Assembly (NCBI GenBank): GCA_033442325.1
Contig: JAWQFM010000002.1
Location: 1,207,473-1,271,472, forward strand
Direction: 5' to 3'
DNA: 64,000 bases
DNA from: Salpingoeca rosetta
Lineage: Eukaryota > Protista > Choanoflagellata
The translations under genes were made by a program, and so were the position numbers. Positions 18,348 through 31,513 of this stretch are shown piece after piece; position 1 is the stretch's first letter; each line of letters opens with the position of its first letter. Under the pieces are notes generated by a model. That model saw nothing but the letters and a program-made list of their open reading frames with translations. It was not told where the DNA came from and searched no databases.

Positions 18348-20382
18348 CTACTTCCGTGAGTGACGGAATCCGCCGCCCATGGTGACCACTCGGCCGCCAT
18401 CGCCACTGCTCGCCTGCTTGCTGCGCTTGTTCTTCTTGTTGCTGTTCTTGCGCTTCGCAGGCGCTCTCGCATCCCCTCGCTTGCTGCCGCGCTGTTGCCT
18501 CTCGTCTGTTCCCTTGCCACCCTCCCTCTTCTTCTTCTTCTTGTCCTTCTTCTTCCTGCTGCTCTTGTTGGCAGAGTCCTCCCCTGCCTCGCCATCGCGC
18601 TTGCCTTTTCCCTTCTTGCCTCTCCCAATCAGCTTCTTTGCGCCCTCAAACACGCGTCGCGCGTATCGTGTCACGCCGCCTTCCTCGCGCCCGTCGCCAC
18701 CACGCTTGCTGCGCTTCATCGTGTGTCCATCACCACTGCCCGCTTTACGCTTGCCCGACGACGACGACGACGATGATGCTGACGATGATGATGACGGAAG
18801 CGACGTAAAGTACGCACTGGGAGCCAACGACGACAACCGTGTTTTTTTGGGGGTGGGTGAGGAAGAGGAACACGTGAGCATCGCGCTGAACGGTGAGGAA
18901 GAACAAGTAAATGCAGCTTGCAAAACACACACACACACACACACACAACACACACACTTGTCAAACAACAGCAACGATTGCGTGCGCGTGTGTTTGTACC
19001 TTGAGCCTGCAAAGTCGTATGAGGTGGGGACGACGACGCTCACGCGGACAGAATCGCGGCGCGGGACTGGACAGCTCTGGTTGTGAGGTGTACATGGGCC
19101 AATGTGTGTGCGTGTGTGTTGGGGAGGGGGAGGGGTGTCAGGTGAGTGAGTGCCGGTGTGTAGCTGTGTGCAACTACACGTGGAACGATGAGTGTCACTC
19201 TGTGTAAACTATGCTTGATCATGTGTGAGTCAAGGACGGCGTATAAGCAGGCTAAACGGTGTGCGAAACATAAGGCTGCGCTGCTTCACAGTGACAAGGG
19301 ACGTACGTGGACGAGATGGCCTGCCTCGCCGCAGTGGCAGCAGAAGCGCACGGAGCGGTGGCCGATGGCCGGGCGAAGCCGCTTCTCAAGATCGCGCTCA
19401 GACTGCACACCCAGTGATGGTGGTGGTGGTGGTGGTGGTGGTGGTGGTGGTGGTAGGAAGTGGTGGTGGTGGGTGGGTGGTGTTGAGAATGATGGTGAGT
19501 GAGCGAAGCGCTACGTTGTGTGTTGAGACAAGTGGGGAACAGAACAACAACGGGTGAGGTTGTTGTTCAGCTGTGACTTGAGTTGTTGAAAGTTGACCGT
19601 GTCGTCGGTGCCGTTGCTGCTGCTTGCTGTACCTGGATTGCGGCGTATTGGCGCCACGTGTCCGAGCATTTCTGATGTTGCAGTCACGCGCAAGCAGTGT
19701 GAGTGGTCGGAATGCATGTCTCGCAGCAACAAGCGCCGATGCCCACAGACACACACACACATACGTACATACGTACACACACACGTACACACGCACAAAA
19801 TATGCACACACGCACACACACACATACACACACATACGTACACACACATACGTACACACACATACGTACACACGTACACAGGCACAAAATATGCAAACGC
19901 ACGCACACAGGCACGCAAACATGCAAACACGTGGTTCCCGCACCCATTCAAGGTGGCCGCTTTGTGAACAGCGCTTGCAGCGCGTGTGGTGTCGGCTGGT
20001 TGGTAGGTCACAGCTCTGCGTTGTGACAACAAGCCAAAACGACAAATTCATATACATGACAGCACAGAGAGAGAGGGAGAGATTTGCATCCACACGCACA
20101 ACAACAGAGATGTACAATGTCAGTGTGTAAGCGTTGGCACGAGCACATGTCCCGGTATTGGTGAACAACGGCTCGAGAGAGCATTTAGGAAGAGGGTGCG
20201 TTGCGATGAAGCGTCGCCCCTGTGTCGAGTCGAGGTGAGCGACGCAAGACAGACACAAACAGCCATTACGCCACAAGCACCTTTGTGCGGTGGCCTGGAA
20301 ATCCGCAGTTGAAGCAGCACTCGTGCATGCATCGGGATCGGGTGTGGCCCTTCAGTCCGCACAGTCGACAATACGGCGCCCG

Positions 20383-20464
<82 letters not shown>

Positions 20465-20582
20465 AAGANNNNNNNNNNNNNNNNNNNNNNNNNNNNNNNN
20501 NNNNNNNNNNNNNNNNNNNNNNNNNNNNNNNNNNNNNNNNNNNNNNNNNNNNNNNNNNNNNNNNNNNNCCCCCGGGGGGGGG

Positions 20583-20655
<73 letters not shown>

Positions 20656-22302
20656 CAAAGGCAAAGAAGAAGGAGCGAATATGTCGTTTTACGCACAAGT
20701 ACAGGGTGTGTGTGTGTGTATATGCACCCACGCAAATGCGCAATGACATGGCGAGTGTGGTGTACCTTTGGTTCTGGGCAGTCGCGCGCAAGATGGCCGG
20801 ATCCACGACAGTTGTGGCACTTGATGAACGAGCGCGCACGGGAGAAGCGATCATATGTCTTTGGGCCCTGAGATGGTGCATACAAATCATAGTGATGAGG
20901 ATCAGGCAAGAAAGAACTTCATGCTCACTCACCTTTGCTTGCACTGTTCCGTCTCCCACCATCACAAGTACACACACAAGCACACGCACGCACACACACG
21001 CACACACACAAGCACGCACACGCACACGCACACGCACGCGCGCGTGCGCAGAGGTGTCGTACCGTGTCGTGGTCTGCTGCCCACAAGTCGGCGTCGTCGT
21101 CGCTGCTGGCTTCAACGTACTTGACCGTCTTTGCAGCGGCGATCACCGCTGCTGCCGTGGCTGCTGTCGGTTTCGGCGCCGATGCTGTGGCGGTGGCGGT
21201 GGTGGCGGTAGTGTTGCTCTCTGTTGTGTCCGTCTTGCTCGCGCTGTGCATTTGTCTATGGCCTGCAATGTCTTCCTCTTCTTCATCATCGTCATCGATG
21301 ACAACAACAACAGAGTCGTCACCGCTGCTGCTGCTGCTGCTACTGCTACTGTCACTACTACTACTGCTACTGCTGCTACTGCTGCTTCCACTGCTTCCAC
21401 TGCTGCTGTTCGAGTCTTCAACCACCTGCACGCTCTCCACACTAGAGACGGTTGCATTGAGTACAAAGTTGTCCACGCTGCTGTTCAGCTTGCTCGCTTC
21501 AGCTGCTGCATCCGCACCGCCTGCACCGCGCTTGCGGCGACGGCGGCGGGCCTGGCGCGCGCGGCTGGAGTCGTCTGTGTTTCCGCCATCGTCGTCGGTG
21601 CTGTATGCTTCGACAAAGAGCGGCTCCTTCGGGAGCTGTCTCTGGCGAAAGGCAGACGCGCGGCCGGGCTCGTCGTCCACGGAAGTGTTGAGCGCTGCAG
21701 GTGACTGGACATGTGCCGTGCTACCGTTCTCCTGTGCGGCGTACTCCGATGGCGTGGCAGGATGCTTTTCTTCTGTTGTGGGCCCTTGTGCTCCGGGCGT
21801 CCTGTGCCACATCACACAATGCACAGCAAGACACACATACAGAGACAGAGGCAAACAGAGAGAGAAGGAGCAATGCGATGATGAGCTGCCATGCATGCAT
21901 GGCACGTGCCATACATGAACGAAACCAATGGAAGCGGCCTTGAGTAGAGAGCGCGCGACATGCATGTCATGCTACTGACGCTGCGGGGACGGCATTGGAG
22001 ATGCTGGAGTAGTGGAGGGCGCGATATGCTGCGAACTCGGCCTCCGAATCCGCGTCAGAGTCCGATCCCCGACTGCCAACAACGAGCACAACGGCGTGAC
22101 GGTGAACGATGAACGTGCAGACAGCAGCACACAAGCAAAGACGTATGCAGCGAGGCATGCAGCAAAGCATGCAGCGAGGTAGGCGACGAGGCATGCAGCG
22201 AGGTAGGCGACGAGGCAGCCAGGCAGCGAGGCAAGAAAGCCACATGTATCGTGCACATGCCCGCGCACACACTCACTCTGATCCAGAGTCCCACGCTGAC
22301 AT
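18348..22302 (-). CDS. ZCCHC7: ZCCHC7/Air1-2-like CCHC zinc-knuckle protein (TRAMP RNA-binding subunit), multi-exon
   Basis: Five knuckle-like motifs (CHNCRGSGHLARDC, CRLCGLKGHTRSRC, CFNCGFPGH, CKRCSQSGH, CCHCGEAGH), CSDTWRQY (Air IWRxY motif) after the fourth knuckle, N-terminal DSEAEFAAYRALHY and a Lys/Arg-rich tail. Exon 1 is 22277-22302 (MSAWDSGS). Confidence 0.85.
20469..20568. other. Assembly gap (100 N) inside a ZCCHC7 intron, between (GT)n tracts
   Basis: Run of N flanked by microsatellite and a poly-C/poly-G junction. Confidence 0.99.
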
Positions 22303-22350
22303 CGTGTGCGGTTGCTGTTGTGTGTGGAGAAAAAACACACGTGCAAAAAG

Positions 22351-22420
<70 letters not shown>

Positions 22421-23013
22421 GCTTGCTCCTTCCTCTCCCTTCCCCGCCTCCTCCTTCTCCTTGCTCCTCCTTCTCCTTCTTTCACAGCTTGGTTTGTTTT
22501 GCTCAACAATACATACATATGTACAGCAGACTGGCGCGAATCACATCAACAGCATCAAGCGTAAACGGCCACGCTGACAGGGAACAATTGTAACGGCAGT
22601 GGAGATGGCGTAGCCGGCAACCAATGACCAAGCACAACAAGCACAAGAGGAGCAGCGGAGAGCCTACAAACGAGAGCATGGGCAAAGCCGTGCACAGGAT
22701 CGAACAACCAACAGAACCAACAATGCATGATGTGATGATCGAGCTCGTGGCACGGATGGCAGAGAGACGCTATCCGCACCCCTGTGTGCGACTCAACAAG
22801 GGGTAGTGGCGGCTCGTGGATGGAACCATTGCTATCACACACACGCACACACACACACACACACATGCACGCACACGCACACGCACGCACACGCACGCAC
22901 ACACAACACATACAAACACATACACATACGCACACATACATACACCACACACGCACACACACACACACACACACATACACATGCACATACATACACATAC
23001 ACACACACACACA

Positions 23014-26000
23014 TCAGGCGGTGGAGTCCACAGCACGCGGCTGCAGCAGTCGCATGCGCCGGTGGCTCTCGAGCAGATCGGCTTCCAGCGACCGCAGTGA
23101 CTCCGCACGCACGCAATCGCCAATGTCCTGACACGTTGCTTGCTGTAGCGCCTGCTGAATGACAGCCGGGTGGAACCACACGCGTCGACACCGCCTGCAC
23201 GTGCCGCCACCACTGGGACTGCTGCCAGTACTGCCAGTGACGCTGACGCGGGCACGGCCGCAGTGGCGACACTGCCCCTGGCCTCCCTGCTGCTGCCTTG
23301 TTTGCTGTTGCTGCTGTTGTTCTTGTTGTTGTTGCAACGCCTTTGCGTCGACACAGTCCGCGGACGAGCGTGCACAGCGCAAGCGGCGCCGGCGGAACGA
23401 CGCAGACAGCGGGCGCGCCAGCGTGATGGATGGCGACGAGGCACAGCTGCTCCCACAGCTGCCGCTGGTGGCGATGGTGCTTCTGTGCAAAGCCGTCATG
23501 GCCGCACTCTCGGCATCGCAGGTCGCATCACTGTTCACAACATCATCTGCATCATCGCCTTCAGCGTCGCCAAACACATCGACGCCATCAACACAGGGTG
23601 AACTGCCATCCGCATCAGCGCCAAACACGTCTTCGTCCTCATCATCACCGTCATTTGCAATGTCTTCATCATCGCCACAGCCACCATCACCACCAAAAAC
23701 CTCATCATCATCCTCCTCTAGCGCAGCAGCGTTGTGGACGCTGTCATCTTCACCACCAAACGGATCATCAGCATCACCATCAACGTCATAGCCATCGACA
23801 TCAGCGCTCTTCCTGCCAAACACATCGTCACCTTTCTCCTCCTCCACCTCCTCCTCCTCCAATTTCTCGTCCCCCTGTTCCTTCATGTCGGCTTGGCTGG
23901 AGTTGTAATTTGTGCTGTCTGCTTGCCGGGCTGGCGTGCCAGCCGCATCCACGCCTTCGTCCATGACAGGCGCGGGCTGCTCTGCCCTGCGGTGTGTGTT
24001 TGGTTGGGCCGAGGTGCAGCCATATGGCATGGTGGTGATGGTGGTGATTCCCGGCCGCACACGTGCGATGGCGTGGGGTGTGCCATCGGGCAGCATGCAC
24101 CCCTGGTACACGGCCATCATGCCTTGGTGCTTTGCAGCAGAGGATGTGGCCCGCGCGCGCTGCCGGCGACTTGCGCTCGAAGGCCGGCTCCCGTGGTTGC
24201 TGTGGTTGCTCTCGCTGCTGTTGTTCTTCCTGCTGTCGCTGTTGCTGTAGCTGTTGCTAGAATTGTGGTGGATGGTGTTAGTGTGGTGGCTGTTGCTGTG
24301 GCTGGTGGTGCTACTGTTGTCGTTGTCGCCGTTGGGTGTGATGGTGCTGCCGCTGCCACCGGCTTGCTCCAGCTGTGCGCCCTTGTCAGCACAGTCGCCG
24401 AAACGGCTGTTGCTGTCGTCGTTGCTGTTCGTGCTGCTGCTACTGCCACCGTTCAAGCAGATGAACCTGTTCTTCTCCGTGTTGATGACGGCCTGCATGT
24501 CCATGCTGTTGAGGCGGATAAAGTCCCACAGCGGCTGCTTGCCACTCGTAAACCCGGCCTCCACCGCCTGCGCCACGGCCTCTGCCTGGATGCGGTTCAG
24601 CTCGTATCTGCTCCAGAACAACGACGGGCTCGACGAGCAACCAGCGTTCGGCCCTCGGCCAGAAATGTGGCGCGCCCACTCACTCGTGCACTCTTCTTCT
24701 TTCTCATCATCATTCATCTCCCCTTGCTTCTGTTCCCCCTGCTTCGAGCTGCTAGTGTCCATGCACTGGTCCATGTCAGACTCGCGGTCCTCTCCCTCTG
24801 TCATTGTGTCCGTCTCTGCCTCGGCGTCGGTGCAGGCATCTGTCTTCCGCGCCGGGCCGCTGGCGTCACCCTGCGCCCCCTCCTGCGGTGGTGCTGGCGG
24901 TGGCACTGACGTGGTGGCATCAGCGGTCGCTGTTGCGTCGCGCCGGAGCGGCGGTGGGAGAGGGGATGATGCCGGTGGCCGATGCAGGTGGCGGCTCCGG
25001 TGGTGGTGATGACGGTGGCGGTGGTGGCGGCGGCGGGTGTGCGGATGGCACGCGGGCGTCGCTGCGTCGGCTCCTGTGGACGGGTTAGCCATGGCAGTGG
25101 TGGTGGTGGTGGTGGTGGTGGTGAACTTTGTGGTTGAAGGGTCGGTGGCGTCAGCGGGTGTTGTGGTGCCGGCCGTGTCCATGTCGCTGTTGCACAAAAT
25201 GGCCTCGTCGCTGTTGCTGTGGGAAAGGGCAAGCCGTCCCGCTGGCTGCGCGAGAGCTGCGCCGGGTGCAGGCGAGCTTGAAGGACAACAGCTTGCCTTG
25301 GATGCACTTGATTGCTGGCATGGCGGCTGGTGTTGTGGGTTGTGGTCGTCGGAAACTGGGGTGCGTGGCTGCGGTGTTGCGGTGGCGCTTGGGTTTAAGG
25401 GCCGAGGGTGCGTCCCAATTTCCCCGTTTGGCAAAGGCGTGCCTGATGCAGCCATGGTGTGTGCCGAAGCCCGTATTGGCGCTGATGTTGTGGTAATGGC
25501 GCCGATTTGCGCGGCAGCCTCCATGCTGTCTCGATCACCGGTGCCTCCTGCTGACTTGAAGGACTTGGCTGGCGCTTGCGGCGGTGGTGCGGCGGTGGAA
25601 AATGACACAGGCGCGGGCCGTGCTGCTGTTGCTTCCTTTGTGGACATGGGCGAAGGTATGGAGCACTCGCCTTCCTGAGCCCTGCACGAAACAGTTGCGT
25701 CCGTTGTGGTACCAAGCAGGGGAAGGTGCGTGCGCGAGCAAGAGCACAAGTGGACGGCAAGCAAATTAAGAGCGAGGGAGACAGGAGAGGTGGTTGAGGA
25801 GGTCGGCGGTGATCATCACAGACACGTGGTGCACGTGAGAGGAGGGCAAGAGGGGGTGAATGCGTGGTTGTGTTGTGGCAGATGTGACACATGTGATCGG
25901 GATCACACACGGTGTAGAGAAGGGTGGGGGAGAGGGAAAAGGGGGGGGGGGAGGAGTGGAGGGTGTGTGTGTGTGTCGGGAGCAATCATGACGAGTGGTG

Positions 26001-26408
26001 TGTGACATGCGCTCGTGTGATGACGTCAATCCAATTGTGGTTGAGACGAAGAAGCGCAATGAAGCAAGCGAAAGAGGAGGGAAGGGAAGGGAAGCAAGGC
26101 GAGGAACGGGAAAGGAGCAGGGAAGGGAAGGCAGATGAGCAAAGAAGGTAGGGGAAAAGAAGGGAGGAAAGGGAAGGGGAGGGGAGTGAAGGGAAGGGAA
26201 GGGAGGAAAGCAAGGGAGGAGGGTTGCAGGGAACGCGACCAAGCCACATGTGGGAAAGAGCCCCCACCAATCATTGTCGAGCGGAAGCCGCAGCGGTGAT
26301 CACCGCAGGTTGGTACAAGAGGGGTGCAGGCACACAGCCAGACAAAGTGTGGACCACTTACGTAGCGATGCGGCGTTTGATTTGTGCTGCCAGGCGAAGG
26401 ACGCTCAT
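23014..26408 (-). CDS. Unknown low-complexity protein (~900 aa); proposed exons 26362-26408 and 23014-25681
   Basis: Long single open frame (ORF 23014..25764). The upstream mini-exon gccATG-SVLRLAAQIKRRIA ends at a GTAAGT donor in phase 2, matching the GTGCAG acceptor at 25682. The protein has acidic, His-rich and Gln/Asn-rich tracts, a helical island and a CRHC..CRRC pair. The 5' structure is tentative. Confidence 0.65.
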
Positions 26409-27234
26409 GGCGAGGCTATGGTGTCGTAGTAGCTGTTGTTGTTGTTGTTGTGGGGCGGTGAAGGATGGACACCGGGGGCGCCACAGTCTACCAAGTGACC
26501 TACAGCTTTCCTAACAAGTAGCTCTTGTTAGTAGAGCACATGAAATGTGGGATGCGTGTGTATCTGGGTCTGCGGGGCCCGAGTGCTGATGGTGATTGGT
26601 TGACGAGTTGGTTGGGCAGATGGGTGTGTGCCTGCCTGCCTGCCTGCCTGCCTGCCTGCGGTGAAATCCGATACGTGTCGCGTTGATGGTGCAAGGATGG
26701 GTGGTCGTAGATGACCGGCTGTAGATGAGAAGCAATCCAGAAGAAATGGTCGCCAAGAAGGCGAAGACGGCGTGCGCCCTTCCCGGGGTTCCTTGATAGC
26801 GTCTCGTGTCTGGCAGGCTGGATGAAAGTGTGGATGTGGATGTGTCTGGCACCGTGCTGCTGGCCCGATTATCACAAAGCGGCCAGCACAACCACACTAC
26901 CCGTGGAAAGAGGCCTTGCCTGGCCGGGAGGACATCACATCACATCACAGCAGCAGTGCGTGATCAACCAACCAATCAATCAACCAACGAAGGCGCATGA
27001 GCAACAGTTTCAAACATGCAAGTTGGAAGGCAGCAGCGTTTCCATTCATCAATGCACAAAGCAGCAACCATTGCATTGTTGTGGCGTGTCGTTTGATCAT
27101 GGCGGGGTCGTGGTGATTGCATACGTGTGTGTGTGTGTGTGTGTGTGTGTGCGTACGTGTGTGTGCGTACGTGTGTGTGCGTGTGTATGTGAGGGAGAGA
27201 AGGAGAAGAGAAGGGGTAGAGAAGGAGACACAGA

Positions 27235-27281
<47 letters not shown>

Positions 27282-29323
27282 GCCAACAAGCAAACAGCAC
27301 GCAAGCATGTGATTGCCACTCAGAATGGTGATGACATTAAGGTCATGTCGGCCAGAGTTTAGGACGCACGCACGCAACCCCCCCCCCCTCGGAAACAAAC
27401 AAACACACACACACACACACCAAACACGGACACACATTGCCTCACCCTGGCGTCGTACGATGTGGCGGAGTGCGCACTGTGCCTATCTTGCTTGCTTGAG
27501 TTGTTGTTGTTGTTGTTGTTGTTGTTGTTGACTTGCTTGCTTTCTGCTCTGCAAGCAAAGCGACCTTGTACTCTGTGCGTACTGTTTGGTGCTGTTGCCA
27601 AAAAGAGAGGAAATACACATACAACACATACAAAGCACACAACGCACACAACGCACAGCACCCAAAAGCATGCAAACCGTCGTCCTCCTCCTCCTCCTCC
27701 TTCCTCGTGCTTGCTTGCTGCTAGGTTCAGACACCACCACCATCAACGATAGCTGTTGTGTGATGGTGTTGATTTGATGAGAACGCAACCATTCGCTTGC
27801 CGTCTTGCTGTTGGGCGCATGGTCTGCCCTGAAAAGGCTTCGTCCGGTTTTTTGTTTTCGGCGCCCCGAAAACGGATCGTTGGAGGACGAAGCGAACGAA
27901 GCGAGCGAGATACGCCAGTTCGATGACGTGGGGTGTGTGTTGGTTGGGCACGTTTTGCTCCTCTGCTTGCGCTGCTTGCGTCGCACATGCCGCACTTCCT
28001 CCCTCTTCGTGCTTTCGGCTGGCTGCTGTCGTCATGGTGCGATGCAAAAGCAGGGCGTGTGCCACTGGTACCCAACCGTCCTCCTCAGGCACACACCCCT
28101 CCCCCATCCACAGGCAGACAGCCTCACGCGGAGGGCTTCACATGCAGTGTCACCCAACCATCAATACACGTTGTCGCGCAACACATCGCCAACTTCCACA
28201 CGCTGCTGCGCGCGCAGAGGCGGGCAACGCAACACGCGGCAACACGCGGCAACAAACACCTGCGCGTGGTTGTGGTGGTGGTTGGCTTGCTTGCCAAAAC
28301 CTTTGGAATTCCTTCTGGAAACGCAAGTGCTTGTTCCCCAAAACGAGGCAACAGGCCACGGTGTTGCGTGCACTATGTTGGGGGACCCACAAAAGCAAGC
28401 ACACACAAGCACACCCAAAGCAAGCACATAAGCAAGCACTGCCATAGCAAGTGAGGCAACCCCCCCCCCCCGCCGGCTTTCCTTTCTTCCCATGTTGCCT
28501 CGCCGTCGTCATCCTTCATTTCCGGCCGTCAGTCAGCATCCACATACGCACATTCGCGACACATGCACACGTGACCCAAACGCAAAACTTGCGTTGGGGT
28601 TGCGAGTTTCCAGGAACGTTGCTGTCATCAGTGTCAGAAGAGTGCAGGCTTGCTTCAACATCCGCATGCAGAAGGCCACTTCGCTGTGGCTTTCCTCGTT
28701 TGCTTGCTGCCTTGCTTGCCGCCCCAAGCATCACCACCTCCACCAACCAATAGTTTCAGCGTGGCCTTGGTTGTTGGGTGGTGGTTGGTAAACGTGGTCT
28801 CCCAGTCAGCCATCGCTGGTTGTGTGTTGGAATCGTGCTTGCCATCCATTCAGCGCGCCAACACCACCACCACCTGGCTTGCACAAACGGAGAGATAGAC
28901 AACCTACCGCACGGCATCGGCATTTTCTCCCGATCGACAACACGACCCGCGCTCCCTCGTTTCCCCCTCCCCCCTGTCTCCACTCATTTTCTTGTCGCAG
29001 CTGCCCTCTACCTCCAGACGACGCACCCACACCAATACGACGACAATACGACGCAACCCCTTTCCCATACCCTCCTCCTCGTCACTCGTTGACCGAGACA
29101 GCAGCAGCAGCAGAAGGAAACCTCATCGCTTCTAGCAACAAACTACAAACAAACAAACAACCTCAACACACCCAGCACACCTGTCTGGCTTGTGTTGTCG
29201 CTGGTGCTCCTCCTCCCTCCACACCCCCCCCCCGCCCTATCATTCATCCTCTTCATCGCCGGCTTGCACCCACAAGAACCAACATTGGTCTCTTGGCGTT
29301 TACCACACGCCGCACACGCCACC

Positions 29324-29830
29324 ATGATGAACACCAAGTGCGCTGTCGCCAACCCTTCCACAGCCACAGCAACACCAGCCTCGTCGCCTCGGTACGTCTC
29401 CACCCAAGGCACATACTCCACAGCCATGGCAGCTCAGCACGGCCACAACACCCACGCTGAGGCCAACCGCCCGACGACACAGACCCGCCCCAAAACCGCG
29501 CCCGGCCGCGACAGTAAATCTGCTTCCGCGCACCTCGCGTCCACGACCTCTGCGACCTCGTCATCCTCTTCTTCGTCCACACGTGCCCAAGCGCAGACCC
29601 CAGAGCCGCAGCAGTACCACCACCACGAGCGCCGCCGCCCAACGTCACCCATTCCTCGACGCACCATCAAGATCAGCTCAGACTACCGCGAGGCTGTCAA
29701 CGCTGTCGGCGTCGTCGCGCTCGCCAAACACATCAAGCAGCAGATTGTCGAGTGAGTTTGTTTGTTCCCTTCCTTGCACACATGCATGCATGCAGGAACC
29801 AACCCATCCACAGTGCACCTCTCTGTGTGC

Positions 29831-29900
<70 letters not shown>

Positions 29901-29921
29901 GTGCGTGTGTGTGTGTGTGTG

Positions 29922-29978
<57 letters not shown>

Positions 29979-31476
29979 CTGTGTGTGTGTGTGTGTGCGT
30001 CTGTGTGCGTCTGTGTGCGTGTGTTATCTGTGCGTTATCTGTATGTGACGTCACCATACCATCACACACAGCCTCCAGCTCCATTTCCCCCCCCCCAAGG
30101 TCCATTGCTTCCGCATGTTCTCGATGATTGCGCTGACACTGACATCCACCTCCGTCCCCCTCGTTCTGCATGTTATTATTAGGTCCTGGGTGGACTTGAA
30201 TGTGTCGAGCCCAGGCGCGCCCGTCGACTTTGTGGCAAAGCACTCGCTGTCCAACGAAGAGTGCGAGCACCTCAGGCGCTCCTCCTCACCTGGGAAGCGC
30301 ACGCCATCTCCACCAACACCGTCTGCCCACGCCAGGTCCTCGTCCCCGTCTCTCTCGTCACCGGCACCCCAGGGCCCACCAACGTGGCTGTACCAGGCGG
30401 CACGCTCGTGCGTTGGCCAGCAAGCTGCTGCTGCTGCTGACAAGACGACTGCCAGATCAACCGCAACCGCCACAGCTGCCGACACCGAGAAGCAAGCGGC
30501 CGGCGCAAACGATACGGACAAGCAGCAGAAAGCGGGCAAAGAGGACAAGCAGAGCACTCGCTCCAAACCGACGAACCCCCGCCGTCCGCGCGCATTCACA
30601 TCCACGTACGAGAAGCAGACTTCGAGAACGACAAAGGCCACGCCAACGCCGGCAACAACAACAGCCACCGCGCCGTCCCCATATCTGGACGATCGCGCCA
30701 CCACAAAGCGGGCTCGCCAGCGCCAGCGCAGCAACACGGGTGCCGCGCCAGCGGCACAGCCCAACCCGCCCGTGCGCAAGAGCAGCTTCCTGCAGCGCAG
30801 CGCCTTCCACGGCCGCACAAGCCCCGCCGTCAGGTCGGCCCACCCGACACAGCATCTCCTCAACAACAAGGTGCACGCGCAACAGGCGCCGCACGCCCGC
30901 ATCAAGGCCGCCTTCAAGACAGACGCATCGCGTCCAGGCACGGCGGGGTCGAGTAAGACGTCTGCCTCAGCCAACACGACAATGACAACCGACAGCGGCG
31001 CCACCACAATGTCGTCCCCTCTGCCTGCACCCAGGTCGCCGTCGCCTAAGCCCTCGCCACTCACCATCACAACCTCACCCGCCGCACCCAAGGGCACAGT
31101 GCCTTCTCCGCAGCCACACCGCACCGCCACTAGCCCAACCAGCCCGACCACGACCATCGCTGTCACAGACGCCGACACAACCATCACATCCGCCGCCACC
31201 ATGATGGACACGACCAACCCTGGCGAGGCCCTGGCCCTTGAGGAGGCTGTCGACACCATTGTGGACACGTTTCGCGATCGCCTGCTGGAGCGCATCAATG
31301 GCGACCCCGCCTTTCGCGCGCACATGCTCGCCGTCATCGGCTATGGTGGCGCTGCGGAGGATGCACGCCAGACACCGTGCAGCAGACCGTCGTCACCGCT
31401 GCCGTCGCTGTCGCGGCCCACGACGCCAGACACGGTCCGCTTCCCAAAGCTGCGAGGGGCCACCCAACAACAACAA

Positions 31477-31513
<37 letters not shown>

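Noticed and set aside
20469-20568. N gap as the site of a hidden element
   Set aside because: It lies between microsatellites inside an intron, and the flanking ZCCHC7 knuckle exons are continuous.
21878-21979. ATGATGA...CTGA as a box C/D snoRNA
   Set aside because: It is antisense to the host gene, has no convincing terminal stem or guide, and abuts the splice donor.
22624-22806. 60-aa plus-strand ORF MTKHNKHKRSSGEP...
   Set aside because: Short, no recognisable motif, and antisense to the likely 3' UTR of the neighbouring gene.
26021-26028. CRE palindrome TGACGTCA next to a CCAAT as a promoter element
   Set aside because: It falls inside the proposed first intron, and other copies lie in introns or coding sequence, so there is no positional support.
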